A DNA stretch of 64,000 nt from Neoechinorhynchus agilis (GCA_051530055.1 CM121342.1:344797-408796), one strand, 5' to 3'; counted from the stretch's first letter, positions 40,700-52,767 are shown. A program made the numbers and translations. The notes: generated by a model from the letters alone, not told the origin.

Positions 40700-43600
40700 G
40701 ATTCTCCTGACGACCGTGGAGGAGTTGAAGCTAGGGATGTGGATCAGACACAAACTGAAACAGGTCAGTGTTTTCAGGTTCCTTTGTCATTAGGAGAAAC
40801 TCACGGTTTAGAGGGTCGCTTTCATGACAAAGTTATGGATAAGGCGGGTCTACCCGCAAAAAAGAATGATTTTGGGATTGGGGTCAGGAAGGAAGACATG
40901 AGGAGTCTAGGATCTATTATGGGGATGATCTAGCTGTTAAGAAAGTGGGGGGGGGTAGAAATTATCTAATTAAAAGAGCCTTTCTGACTAAATGATCAGC
41001 CTTGCTAATCGTAATGGAAGTATAAGGTAAAAACCTGTTTTAGCAACTGCTAAAATCAAAAATATAAAATATACGGATATTTCAAGGAGAGTTACAGTGA
41101 TAGTGTTTAATCCACCCCCAATTTGTCGGAGGAAGACTTTAAGAACTTTTAAAAGGTGTTTGGCCTTATTCCTATTAAATATTTACGCAAAAATCAGGGA
41201 CATGAGCCTTATGCTTTACTGGTTACAGGAACTCAAGATCGGGTTGATAGAGTTCGAGCCAGGGAGTTTGGATTTATGGCATACTGGAACTGAATCTATT
41301 ACCGGTTTTGTACCAACACAATGCTCAAAGTGTTACGAATGGAGCCATACCGGATTTCAGTGTAGAAGGAGGAGGTGATATTCCAAAAATCAATGCACGG
41401 ATACAGCAATAAAAAGATGTTTTAATTGCGGAGGAAATCACAAAGCGTTTAAAGGATTTTGTCCGGTGGCGGATAAATATTGGCGGACCTTTAAACCCAA
41501 GAAACCTGAAGAAAATAACGCATGGTTTAATAGAAGTCGTGTTCGGAAGTACATGCCCACATTAGAAGTAGATCCTCCTGTTTCGAGAAACGAAGGGATT
41601 CATGATTATATTAAAATAATTGAGGAACTAGAGGCCATAAAGAAACAAATCCAGTTTTTAACATAACGAATAGAAGAAAGCGATAGGGTGATTTCAGAAC
41701 TGAAGGAAGATAATAATATGATGCGGGAAATTGTCTCTAGTAAATCAGAATTGAAGGAAGAAATAAAGGTTTTGGATGTGAATACAGCAGACGGTGGAAA
41801 AATAGATCCGATAAATAAGCAGGAATGCGGTTCTAGAAATAATCTTAACCATAATTCTAGCCCGATTGGAGCAAAAGGAGCAGGTAAGCGGGGAAAGTTC
41901 TCACGCCTTTAGATATAAATATGAACGATAACAGGTAAATAATATCATATAATGTTTCCAGAAGCTTACAATTATCGCCGGTTTTATTTTTGATAGGCAA
42001 GATTAATATGCGGATATTATATGCCTGCAGGAGACTTGCTGGGATTTGCTGGTCGCACGAAATGACATGGTTCCCTTCTATTTAGCCCCAAAGGGAGGTT
42101 GCAGCGCCAATAAGCGAATAGGTTTTTCGGGTGGCATCAAATCCTTTTTTCATAAGAAAATGCACCAACAACTTCTTTATCAAATAAAAAATATAAATTT
42201 TGCTATCCAGATAATTGCCATAGACAACTAGTTATGTGTACAAGGAGCTAGGCAGAGAATCACAATATGCAATTTATATATCGCCCCTCAAAAATTGCAT
42301 GGTTCAAATCTTATAGCGAACAATGGTTTATGGGTTGGATGCCTGATGTCATCATTAGTGACCTTAACTCTAACGACATGAGTAGTTTTGTTCATTAGGA
42401 GATGTTCGACATCCAAATGACCCCGCTGTCGTCGTTTCATTATTACACAAGACAGGTACACTCTTTTCTGGATGTGATTTTCTGCCGAAAAGTTTAAAAT
42501 CGTCGGTTCGCACGGTGGAGCAGCTCCTAGAGCAGAAAAATGTGGGTCATGATTTGGTGTGCTTAGAAATTGGGAAGGCAGATCTAAAGTCACGGGTGAA
42601 CAGTAACGACCCAAAACAAGTGAATGATTTTAATCGGGAATTAATTGAAGGGATTCAAGGGTTAAAACAATTGTATTTCACTAAATGAGGCTATGTCCGA
42701 AGAAGCGAACCGTCACTTGGTGACTCGTGTCCACATACGCCGAAAAGTGTAAAAAAATGTCGGTTTACACGGTCGGGCAGTCCCTAGAGCAGAAAAATAT
42801 GGGTCATGATTTGGTATGTTTTGAAATAAGGAAGGCAGATCTGAAGTCACGAGTGAATGATTTCAATCGGGAATTAATTGAAGGGAATCAAGGGTTAAAG
42901 CAGATGGATTTTTGTTCACGAAATGAGGCTACTTCCGAAGCAGCGAACTGTCACTTGGTGAATTTTGCCCACATACGCCGTTTCCGCCTTTCAAAACTTG
43001 ATAATCGAATGTTTAGTTTTGCTAGAATAGCGGAGGCTAACGGCAATGATTTTGGACAGAGGTTATAGACAAAACTATTTTATAAAGAACTTTACTATGA
43101 AGGAGTTAGGAGGGACAGAGATGCATTGACTAGAGCCCGCAATTGCTCGAAAGCCTTTTGGAACATAAATTTAAAAAGGAAATGGGTGGACTGGAAGGTG
43201 AAAGCAACGAACTGGATTGGGAGCATTTCATATCCGAAGGTGGCGGAATGCATTTTAGGGCAGCACCTTTTTCGCGTTTCTTCGGTTCCAACTTTCGCCC
43301 CAACAGATAATACTTGCTCCCGTTTCGCGATGGATCTGAATAGTTTTCTAAGTTTCTGGAAAGGCTCTGCGTCGATAGCCACGAACTCTGGCTCTTTCCC
43401 AAAAACATTTTGACGTCATAGATGAGAAAATTAAGCGGGTAATTTTGGGGAGGTTGCAATCCCCGGGAGATGTGCGTTCCATTTCCATTCAAACCCCCAT
43501 TGCGTCCTCATTGGAGATGGTGACGAATTTTGAATTACTGGAGGCGATAATAAAGAGACGCTTGATTCCACAAAGTTTTCATGGGTTTGTCGCAGGAAAG

Positions 43601-43740
43601 GGGGGTGGGTTCTCTGCTTATGGACCTATCAAACTTAAACAAAGGATATAGGGGTTTTAATAAAGCCTTATTGCAGGTATATATCAATAAAGCGTTTGAC
43701 TCGATAAGTCACAACTATAATTATGATGTTTATAAAGAGC
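40700..43740 (+). mobile_element. Decayed APE-type LINE with an internal ~250-bp tandem duplication (~42510-42990)
   Basis: Zinc knuckles CSKCYEWSHTGFQC and CFNCGGNHKAF; RT remnants FHGFVAGK and INKAFDSISH. Confidence 0.7.
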
Positions 43741-43799
43741 TGAAACTCTGCTAAATTATTTAAACGGTTAGAAACTTTATCCCTGGAATTAGATCGTCT

Positions 43800-44452
43800 T
43801 TTAGTGGCGTCACGTAAGAAGAAGACGAAGTTTATTTCTGTCATACACGAGTTACCTGTATGTTGTTCTTTCGTCTTTCGGCTCAGGGAAACTTCTTACG
43901 GGTACACGTCATTCCCGTGAAAGAAGTTGCCGCCACAGTCTGTTGATAGGGTACACGTTCCGTAATACAGCGCGATTCCTGCGATGTACCGAGCGCTTCG
44001 TATTGTCCTTGAAAATCTGGGTGCGAGAATATTCAGACCGTACCTGTTAGTACTGATTTCCGCAGCAGGTCTCCAAGGTGAGTAGCCTCTAGTCTATAGG
44101 GAAACGTAGGCCAGGGAAGTCGGCAAATTAGATCCGTAACTTCGGAAAAAGGATTGGCTCTACAAGCTGAGTTGGCCGGGCTGTCGCGAGAAGCGGTATG
44201 TTGTCGACTCTTGGGTCCGTCTCAGTTATTTGTTCGTGCGAAAATCGATTTCGAGGATGGAACTTGGTGCTGCGTACTGTGGGCAGCGATAGCTATGCTC
44301 CGCGTTTATTCGGCGTATCCAAACGGGTACGCTCGCTTCTTGCGCGGGGATCCGATCAGCGTTAAACAGCTGGCCTAGAACTGGTATGGACAAGGGGAAT
44401 CCAACTGTTTATTTAAAACAAAGCATTGCGATAGCTGTAATCGGTGTTGACG

Positions 44453-44483
<31 letters not shown>

Positions 44484-44540
44484 TAAAGTGAAGAAATTAC
44501 TTTAAGCGCGGGTAAACGGTGGACGTAACTATGACGTCTT
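43800..44540 (+). rRNA. 28S: Orphan 28S (LSU) rRNA fragment ending at helix 69; 5' boundary approximate
   Basis: CCGCAGCAGGTCTCCAAGGTG, GGGAAGTCGGCAAA.TAGATCCGTAACTTCGG, GGACAAGGGGAATCC.ACTGTTTA and GTGATTTCTGCCCAGTGCTCTGAATG...GCGCGGGTAAACGG..TAACTATGAC are conserved LSU core motifs. Confidence 0.92.
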
Positions 44541-46452
44541 CGCAAAAATCTACTGAGAAAACTGACAAAAACTCAACAATGGCACTGGCTACCGCCGCCT
44601 TTTACGTCCTCAATAACCCTACACAATGGAGGAGAGTAAAGGACCGCATCTTGGACTCTGTCTCACTTGAACACCAATACTTTGAGCATGTTGTTAAATG
44701 GCTTCCTGACGCAAATGTCACACTAAACGACATACTGGATTCTTTTAAAAAGGATAACGAACTTTCAGTTCACTTCATCTTGTGGGCCGCAGCGACTGCC
44801 TTTCAATGTGATTTTGTGGTGTGTACTTAAAGTGACGACGCCCCAATTCGAATCCGACCTCGAACGGTCTCAAATTCATCGTTCAATGTCTGGATCGACG
44901 ATTCCGGAACTTATCCCTGCGAACGCTTTCGAGTCTGAATTCAAAGCATTCAAACGATCTTGTTAAAAGACGATACCGCGCCCTTTATTTTAACAATACA
45001 AGTCGACTTGCCAACTTGATAATTAAGTTGGACGAAAACCGCCAGCCTACTATCCAACAACCGAAATGTGTCGAACACTTACGTGCACTATTTGAAGATT
45101 TCCAAGGCACGACTCCTATTTCTTTTGTCAATTCCGGTTCGCGCGAATTATTTTCGTTAGAGGAATTGTGGTCAGCTGTAAACGTAGAGGAAATACAAGC
45201 TGCCATTCGTGGCACAAAGTCAAACAGTTCCGTCGGTCCCGATAAGATAACACTTCATGAAATTCGTGCATTCGACAAGCACTTTGTGGGGCTTACAGTC
45301 CTGGTCAACTCCGTAATACAAGTTGGCTATCCTACAAAGTCTTGGCTGGAAAACAAGACTATTTTACTACCAAAAAATTGGATGGAAAATGAAGCTTTGA
45401 GGTCAATGTCCGGTTGGAGACCGATCACAATATCATCCATTCTCCTCCGTATTGTGCATCGGGTTATGCTGGAAAGATTAAGACAATGTTGCAGTTTGCA
45501 CGATAGCCAGACGGCGTTCGATAGCGCAGCATGTAATTCAAATCTCCTCATATTGAGGGATTTGCTGTAAGAGAAGAGATCAGATCGGAAGCAAATGGCA
45601 CTGGCAATTCTGGATATCAAATTGGCTTTTGGCTCAGTAAGTCGTGATACAATACACAATACAGTAGTTGCGCACAGCTGTCCATTATACATGCGACGGT
45701 ATCTGATGGAGGTGTTCAGTACTTCATACACCCGGATCCAGCTCCCTAGTTCAAGACCATCGGACCAATTAAGTTTCATCGCGGCTTGAAACAGGGAGAC
45801 CCACTTTCGCCATTCGTTTTTGCGCTTTGCATTGACGATGTCCTGCGACAGGTCGACGAACCAGGGTTGGGGTGCTCAACCAGAAGTGGTTGCTTAAGCC
45901 AGCTAGTGTATGCGGATGACATTCTTATACTTGCGGACAATATGAGGGATATGCAGCAAATGATTGATGCCATGAACGACGGACTTTCAAAGAAAGGATT
46001 GAAGTTATCGAATACATGCCACCATCGATATTCCTACAACAAGCTAATCGTCGAAACAAATCCGCACGTTCACATAGGTGACGTAAACACTGATCGAATT
46101 ATTGGGTACACTTTAGAAACCGACCACTATTGAAGAGGTGCAAGCGGATCTTAATAGTCTTTTTGAAGATACCAAAGAAGCGGGTTTGAGTCCTACACAA
46201 GCAACGCATATGATTAATGACTATGGATTCCCGCGCCTCGTCTCAAGATTACAAGCGGCACACGACATTTCGTCAACTTCCTTAAACAAGCTTGGACAGC
46301 TCTGGAGGACAAAACTAAAGAAGCTGTTATTTCTGCAACATTTTTTAAATGATGGAGTATTATTCTTGCCATTAAGCAAAGGAGGACTTGGTTTCTCGTC
46401 CCCTACGTTATATCTAAATCCAATCGACGATCACCAGGCTTATGCAAAATAA
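44541..46452 (+). mobile_element. R2-like RLE-class non-LTR element inserted at the 28S R2 site; decayed and 3'-truncated before the endonuclease
   Basis: SSVGPDKIT, WRPITISSILLRIVHR, LDIKLAFGSV, KQGDPLSPFVF, LVYADD and LPLSKGGLG motifs. The junction falls 5 nt before the canonical R2 nick (AAGG|TAGC). Confidence 0.8.
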
Positions 46453-46578
46453 TGAATCGAAACCGCAGAAATTTACACATTTTTATATTCCGGAGAAATT
46501 AATTGAAAAGAATTATGAATAAAATTATAATTTGAGGACCTTGTTAACATTTTGAAAAAATGCCGAAGATAAAATTTA

Positions 46579-46839
46579 TTGACAATTCATTCAAACTTCA
46601 AAGTTCCTAAAATCACAAGTTTAATTATAGCGTTTTCTTTAGCTCACAATATATTGCAAGAATTAATTGAAAATGATCCTGGAAACGCTGATGGTCACTA
46701 CATGATGGCTATATATCACAAATTTATGGGTACCAAGAAGCTTTACGTCCATTACCACAAAGCCGCTGTATCCAAAGGAATTGATACCAAACAGCGAGAT
46801 TATCTGTCCAAGATTTTCACAGTAAATTATTTACCTTAA
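46579..46839 (+). CDS. Short TPR-like ORF (possibly a fragment)
   Basis: ELIENDPGNADGHYMMAIYHKFMG resembles a TPR helix pair. Confidence 0.4.
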   Translation: MTIHSNFKVPKITSLIIAFSLAHNILQELIENDPGNADGHYMMAIYHKFMGTKKLYVHYHKAAVSKGIDTKQRDYLSKIFTVNYLP

Positions 46840-47409
46840 ATAATTTAATTCATTTATTTAACCATATCAACCAATGATTCGCATCCTTGGTTTACTTGCT
46901 GAACATCTTTAGTGATCGCGCAAATTCAAAATTTCATCGAGAAATAAATACATATTCTGCCGAAAAGCTTTAATTTAGCTATGCTGTGATAAAGAGCATT
47001 GTTAAATTCTTAAAAGTTTCAATTCTAATTTCTAGAAAATTTGAAAGACCGAATAAGTCGATAAATTTAAATATTTATAAGACATCTTTCTCATTCTACA
47101 GCAAGCTCAATTCGTACGACAACTACGTTTTAGTTACTAAATGAATTAATACCATTGCTCTTGGGCTTAAATACTTCGGCTGAAAAAATAAAACCATCTT
47201 ATTTTTATCTCAAAATGTGTCCACTTGAAAAATTAAATGACGCGTAATGGTTTCTCAATTTTTGCTATTTCAAGGTGCACTTATTTTTTAGTCACTTTAT
47301 GGTAATTTTTAAACAATGGAATCTTCTCATAGATGCTCCTGATAGTGACTAAGCAGACACTTTTACATTTAAATGGCAAAACAAACTAGTTGCCTGCATT
47401 TTTGCAAGT

Positions 47410-48015
47410 ATGCCTTCGATCTTTGATATACTAACTATCATTTTGAAAGTTGTGCTTTCACCAATTTACGTTCCATATAAAATCTTTGAGTGGTTAAAGG
47501 AATGGTTATTCCATCCGTTTGGTAAAGACACACCAGAAGAGCAAATCTCGGACTTAGAAGCAATTGAAAACATTATCAAAAACGATCAAAAACCTGAAGT
47601 AAATTTTGGTAAATTGAAGGTGCACAATGGCGACACAGTAACAGTTAGTGAAGTACAATCTCTTCCAGCAATAAGTTGTCTTATACCTCGGGAATATTAC
47701 AGGGTCTGTGTAATGATATTGGATCTGGGGCTAAAAGCGGCCAATGTGAAATTGCCACAGCTGAATTATTTATTTATCAACGACCTTAGAATGGAAAATA
47801 TTGAAAGGAAACTTCTTGTTGGATACAAATCACCAGAAGTTGGTCATCGTTATGCTATTTTAATATTTGAACAAAGGGACGGCGTAATTGGTAAAGCATC
47901 AAAATTCCTCCGAGCTTGCACAAGGTTTGGAAGATTAAGATTTGGAAAAATCTTCAAACATTATAATCTTGCTCCTTTGTATTCACTGGCATTTTATGTG
48001 AATTCGGACGATTGA
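47410..48015 (+). CDS. Divergent PEBP (phosphatidylethanolamine-binding) family protein with hydrophobic N-terminus
   Basis: VHNGDTVTVSEVQSLP, YKSP..GHRYAILIFEQ and C-terminal F..YNL pattern. The canonical DPDxP motif is replaced by DLGL. Confidence 0.65.
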   Translation: MPSIFDILTIILKVVLSPIYVPYKIFEWLKEWLFHPFGKDTPEEQISDLEAIENIIKNDQKPEVNFGKLKVHNGDTVTVSEVQSLPAISCLIPREYYRVCVMILDLGLKAANVKLPQLNYLFINDLRMENIERKLLVGYKSPEVGHRYAILIFEQRDGVIGKASKFLRACTRFGRLRFGKIFKHYNLAPLYSLAFYVNSDD

Positions 48016-48599
48016 GATTTTGCGAGATTTCAGACTATAGATCTATATTCCTGAATATCACGATTGCTCTATTTAGCTCAGATTTTGTGTGTTCTAATAA
48101 TCTTTGTTTTTTGCAGCAGTTTTATTCAGATGGATACATTTCACATCTCAAGTGTGATTCAAAGAATACAAATTTTTTGGAAGAAAAACTTAGGATTCTT
48201 GAAAGCTTTGAATGCGTTGACAATATAATTAGAAGATGAGCAAAAATGTCGTAAAAATTTATTGCAATTAACTGCGATTTCTATATAATATGTAAAAGTA
48301 GCGGAAAAGCTTTTACATTTCATAAAAGCCGTTAGACTTTTTAATTTAGGCAATTTCTAAGCTGGAACTACGTGTAAATCTTTCACTTGAAAAACATTTT
48401 CAAGCGAGAAATGCCCTCGCGGAAATAAATTCGGGTAAACAATAAATCAACAGAAAACGATAAACATCGGTGTAAAAGGTGTCTTTTCCCGAGAACTGAA
48501 TCCAATGAACACGCTCGAAATTTGTGCTATAACTTCCGCTCGTCCACGACCAAGAGAACGTTCGCCGCACATTTTTTCGGATTATCTAGGAGATGAATT

Positions 48600-49819
48600 T
48601 ATTTTTTTAAAAACTAGCAAATGCGATTCGTTGAGCGAGGAAATTTCTCGAGCGCTGTTCCCCCGTCATCCTTTTCGTCCTTCGTCCCAAATCGTCGAGA
48701 AGAGTGAGCGCTGATGGTCCCAAGGCTCCATACGTTTCCACGGCAAAAAGGACGAAATGGTAATTCCTTAGGAGCTCTCTATATTTTGAACGCTTTCGTT
48801 CCTCAGCTACGACCGCTGAACCTCCAGGGCTCTTTTTTGAAAAGGGAAAATTACTGGGGGTAAGCGTGTCCACGCAAGTCGCATCCCATAAAAGAGGTTT
48901 CACCTCCCGCCATGGAAAAATTGTGACACCGTCAGGTCGCTTGCTGTCTAGGCGGCACAAGTTACTTGGCTCTAAAATATTGGGAGCGTGGACGAAATCT
49001 AGGGCTCTACTCAAAATTGAGTTCAATGCTGAGTGTCTTGGATACCTCCCTCTGGACATTTTGCAACAGAGGCCGTGTCTGCCATTGGCTTCAACTATAG
49101 ATCCGCAGCGACAGCGATGCGGGATATAAATACCCTGGTCCAATCTTAAAGAAACTCGACCCTTAAGCGTAGAATCCTCTAGAAGAGTTCCGATTGTCGG
49201 GCGGGGAGAGCATTTAGCCAGGCTCCCGATTCCGTTGTAGAACACGCCGCAAGACGAACTTGGGATACCTCGTCGAGAAGATTATTAAAGGATTTGTGAA
49301 TCTTCTTTATGAGGGGAAGGTCTCAAGCTGACTGCTTGTGGTCATTTTCCGGAAGGTGTGGGATCTCTGTCCGGGATGGCCAGATCGATAAGCCGTCCAA
49401 ATAATATTGCGAGTTTTGCCCCATGTTGGAAAGGGCTCCCGCGTACGTTTTGCTGGCTCGGTAAGAGGCCAGAAACGCTGGAAGGGCTAAAGCACAAAAC
49501 GTGCAATCACCGCCGTCCGTAAAATCTTAGCTTCTCTCCTTCCTCGACTGTCGCTATCACGCTAGCAGCATTGCTTCATTGTACTGCGAGTGAGATATTT
49601 TGTCGCAAAAATACACCTGCTCGTGCGTCGCCGGTTGTTTCTCTCAATTTCTTCGAGAGATCCTGGAGCAGAGTGCCGAGCTGCCAAGCGCTCCATACAT
49701 CTCTACTCCGAATGGGTCAAAATAGTGGGCCCTGGCTAAATCTCTATATTTTCGTAACTTCCTCCCTTCCGCTGCACTGGCTGCACCTCCAGCGATTTCG
49801 ACAGAGTAGGTAATTTTGC
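48600..49819 (-). mobile_element. Composite CRE-like insertion: 3' end of subfamily 2 (~49819-49492) fused to a subfamily 1 segment (~49491-48620)
   Basis: 49491-48620 is nearly identical to 28381-29230 and retains KRPDGVTI. 49819-49492 matches 700-955. Confidence 0.88.
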
Positions 49820-50490
49820 ATGACAGATACGACTTAATGAATAACAGGTTTGCGGACAACGAGCGGGCTGTGGTCTTGGTGCTGCCTGATGATCAACTCG
49901 ATAAGATATTGATCGGAAATGTTGATGATAACGATCAGCAATGGAATAGATCAACATTTTGGAAACTCTCAGGTCTTCAGAAAGTGTCAACAAGAGAAGA
50001 TGTCGCATCGCTTGAAGAGGAAACGACAACGGACTTTTCAACTGAAAAAATTGAAATTTGTGCAGTGCACTTCTGCGATAATCTGAAGACTTCACCGGCA
50101 ATGACAACAACAGAGGAAACGACAATGGAGACGACTGAAGTGACTACCGAATCAATAATCCAAGAGCAAACAAGTGAGTCAAAAGCGGAGGAAACAGCGA
50201 CGCAGACGACCGTGCTGACTTCAGAGACAGCAACCTAAAATCAAACAAGCGAGTAAATTACAAATGCCGAGACCACAGAAATCACCAGAATGGAAAAGGG
50301 CAAAATGAAACCGGCTATTCTCCCGGTGACTGAACACGTCGCTAAAATGAAAAGCAATGAACAGTCGCTGAGCACCATGGATTCCCTCAAGCTTCCAACA
50401 GAAATTCCTTGTTTATGTGAGATTCTTGACTTCGTTGATTCACCATTCGATAACATAATCAAGCAAATGGTAAACAACAATAAAAGATGA
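49816..50490 (+). pseudogene. Thr/Glu-rich mucin-like pseudogene fragment (copy B)
   Basis: Same sequence and same two TAA stops as copy A. Confidence 0.5.
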
Positions 50491-51356
50491 TTAGTCGACT
50501 TGTTTATAAAAAGAATAAGATCATTGAGAGGTATAGACCAAGAACGCAATGTAGATCGGTATTCTCGAAAGACCAAGTTGCCGACTTTGCAGGATGCATC
50601 AACCCTTTGGTAGCTTATGCTGGGGCGAGGAAGGATAAATAGTTCATGAAGAGCCGTGAGCGTTTCGACTAATCGTTAGTGACTCATTAGTTTATAGACA
50701 AAATGCTTCAAATATTTATTTAATCAAAATAAAGGTCAGTTTTAAATTTTTGTTTTCTGTGGCCTTTTCCTTTTTTTTCATAAAACGATTTGATCTTAAG
50801 AATAAATTGACAAATGTAATGAACTTATGTCAATGTTCATCGACTTTTGATGAACAGCAAAGATGAAAACGTGCGTTATTTTCCAATGACAGATGGGCAG
50901 AACTCGCACAATATTCCCTACAAATGGAATGGAGCACACCATCCACTCTAAAAAACGTTTACTTAAAATTAAGGCAATAAAGTTACGCGCTATAATAATA
51001 TAGAATTAAAGCAAGTAAGGACAAATCCCTTAGATTTTTTGAAAAAGAGAGCTTTCTAGATTGACACCACCTCCAAATTGTATTCGCCAACAAAATGGTA
51101 AAGCAAGGGTATAATGGAATAAAAGTTCTCGAGTTCCTATGCATGTAACACCCTTCGCTGGAGCAACTGTGCACCGAATAGTAAGAATATAATACGTTTT
51201 GTTTTAAGCACTTTACTGTCAATTCTTGTGCAAAGAAAAATTTAGATCGAACTTATGGGTGAACTCATTCATTTGATGTATATAGAATTCATGACAACAA
51301 ATTTAATCAGTAATGTCAGAATACGTGATTTTAATCAAAATGCTGAAGTTCAAAGA

Positions 51357-51447
51357 AACTGCAATTTTAAATGTCGTAAAGGAAAATGTAATTTTAAATG
51401 TCGTAAAAGAAGCTGTAATTTTAAATGTCGTAAAAGAAACCGTAATT
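51357..51447. repeat. 27-bp minisatellite, ~3.4 units
   Basis: (a..tg.aattttaaatgtcgtaaa.ga)n. Confidence 0.85.
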
Positions 51448-51789
51448 CTACTTTGCTAGATAAAATTTAAACTTTAAATTTTTTTCATAATTTCTGAAGT
51501 TTAGTAAGAATTATTCATTAAGCGGTGCATATTTTCAGCTTTCTTCTTCAAACAGAATTTTAAACTCAAAGACTCAGTGCCTTGACAATCTCAATTAAAC
51601 AACGGAGTATATCAGAAGCGCCACCAGTATTAATTATTAAGATTATTTTTTGATCTCCACAAAGTTGGAATGCGACTTCTGCTTCTTTTCTCATAAAATT
51701 TCTAAGGCAAATTTGATAGGGCGATACCTTGGATCTTTGTGGCATGACTTTCCGTAAAGTGAAATCCAAGATAAATCAGCGAAAGGAAT

Positions 51790-52508
51790 TTAATTCTTTT
51801 CATCATTTAAACGTTGAATTGATTCGGCCTTCGCTATCATAGCTTGTAAAGCTTTCTCAGCGTCCTTCACCTTTTCAGCTTTCCTTATCATCTTTGCTTC
51901 CAAAGCTTTTTGCTCCTCTAAATCCTCAAGCATCAGCTGCATTCTTCGGTCACCAACATCAATTTTAAAACCATAATGATCAAAGGCGTCCTCAAAGAGT
52001 CGTTCCCTCTCAGAATCCACGACATCGGCGCCTTCTTTTTTTTTCTTTTTTTCAGCCTCGAATTTCGCCATTACATCAGGCAGCTTCGACATCATTTTCA
52101 TAATATCGTCCTGACGCCTTTTGCGTGCACTCAACCGAAGAGCTTTTCGTTCGTTTACTATTCGCAGTTTTTCTCCAAGACTTAGCCCGTATTCTTTATC
52201 AAATTCAGCAATCTCGTCCAAATATTTGGGCCATTGGGGTTCTAAGCCTGTTGCAGCTGATCCGAAAGTGGCCCACAATTTCCGGGCTTTTTCTGGATTA
52301 CCCTGTTCCGCCGATAATCTCTCAGATGATAATTCATTTCTGTTCAGATGCCAAAGGTATTCAGTAAGCCGACTAACGTCTTGAATTGAATTTTTATAGC
52401 ATTTGTTTCGCAAATAATATTTGGACTGATATTGCGAAACAATGCGATAGACGATTCATTCCTGACAAAGAACCTGAGATGACTTGAGAGACGTTTTACC
52501 ATGTTCAT
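51790..52508 (-). CDS. GADD45GIP1: Mitoribosomal protein mL64 / CRIF1
   Basis: DVSRL, ARKLWATFGSAATGLEPQWP and HYGFKIDVGDRRMQLMLEDLEEQK match CRIF1-family hallmarks. A leader resembling a mitochondrial targeting peptide starts at 52508 in a different frame and needs one intron. Confidence 0.75.
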
Positions 52509-52767
52509 TTCGTGGACAGTGAAAGAAATCTAATAAGATATCACGTTATGCGGGCACATAGCCCAATGAAAAATAAATTATCAGTCGAAAAAAAGGCCAC
52601 ACATCGATAAATAAAAATTTATTTGCACATAAAAGGCTTAAAATGCTATGGACTTATTGTCATTTTATTTGGAAGCGTCCATGTCAAAAACTCCAACTTG
52701 TGATATTTCAAAAAAATTGCACAGATCGTGGAAGCCTCAAAAATTAAACATACTCTTAAGATTAAAG

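Larger units (their letters stand above)
48238..50894 (+). repeat. Segmental duplication copy B, interrupted by a 1.2-kb CRE composite
   Basis: Matches 34381-35810 on both sides of 48600-49819. Confidence 0.92.

Noticed and set aside
51255-51470. Cys/Lys-rich peptide ORF (CNFKCRK repeats) as an antimicrobial peptide
   Set aside because: It is the translation of a 27-bp minisatellite, with no signal peptide or other support.
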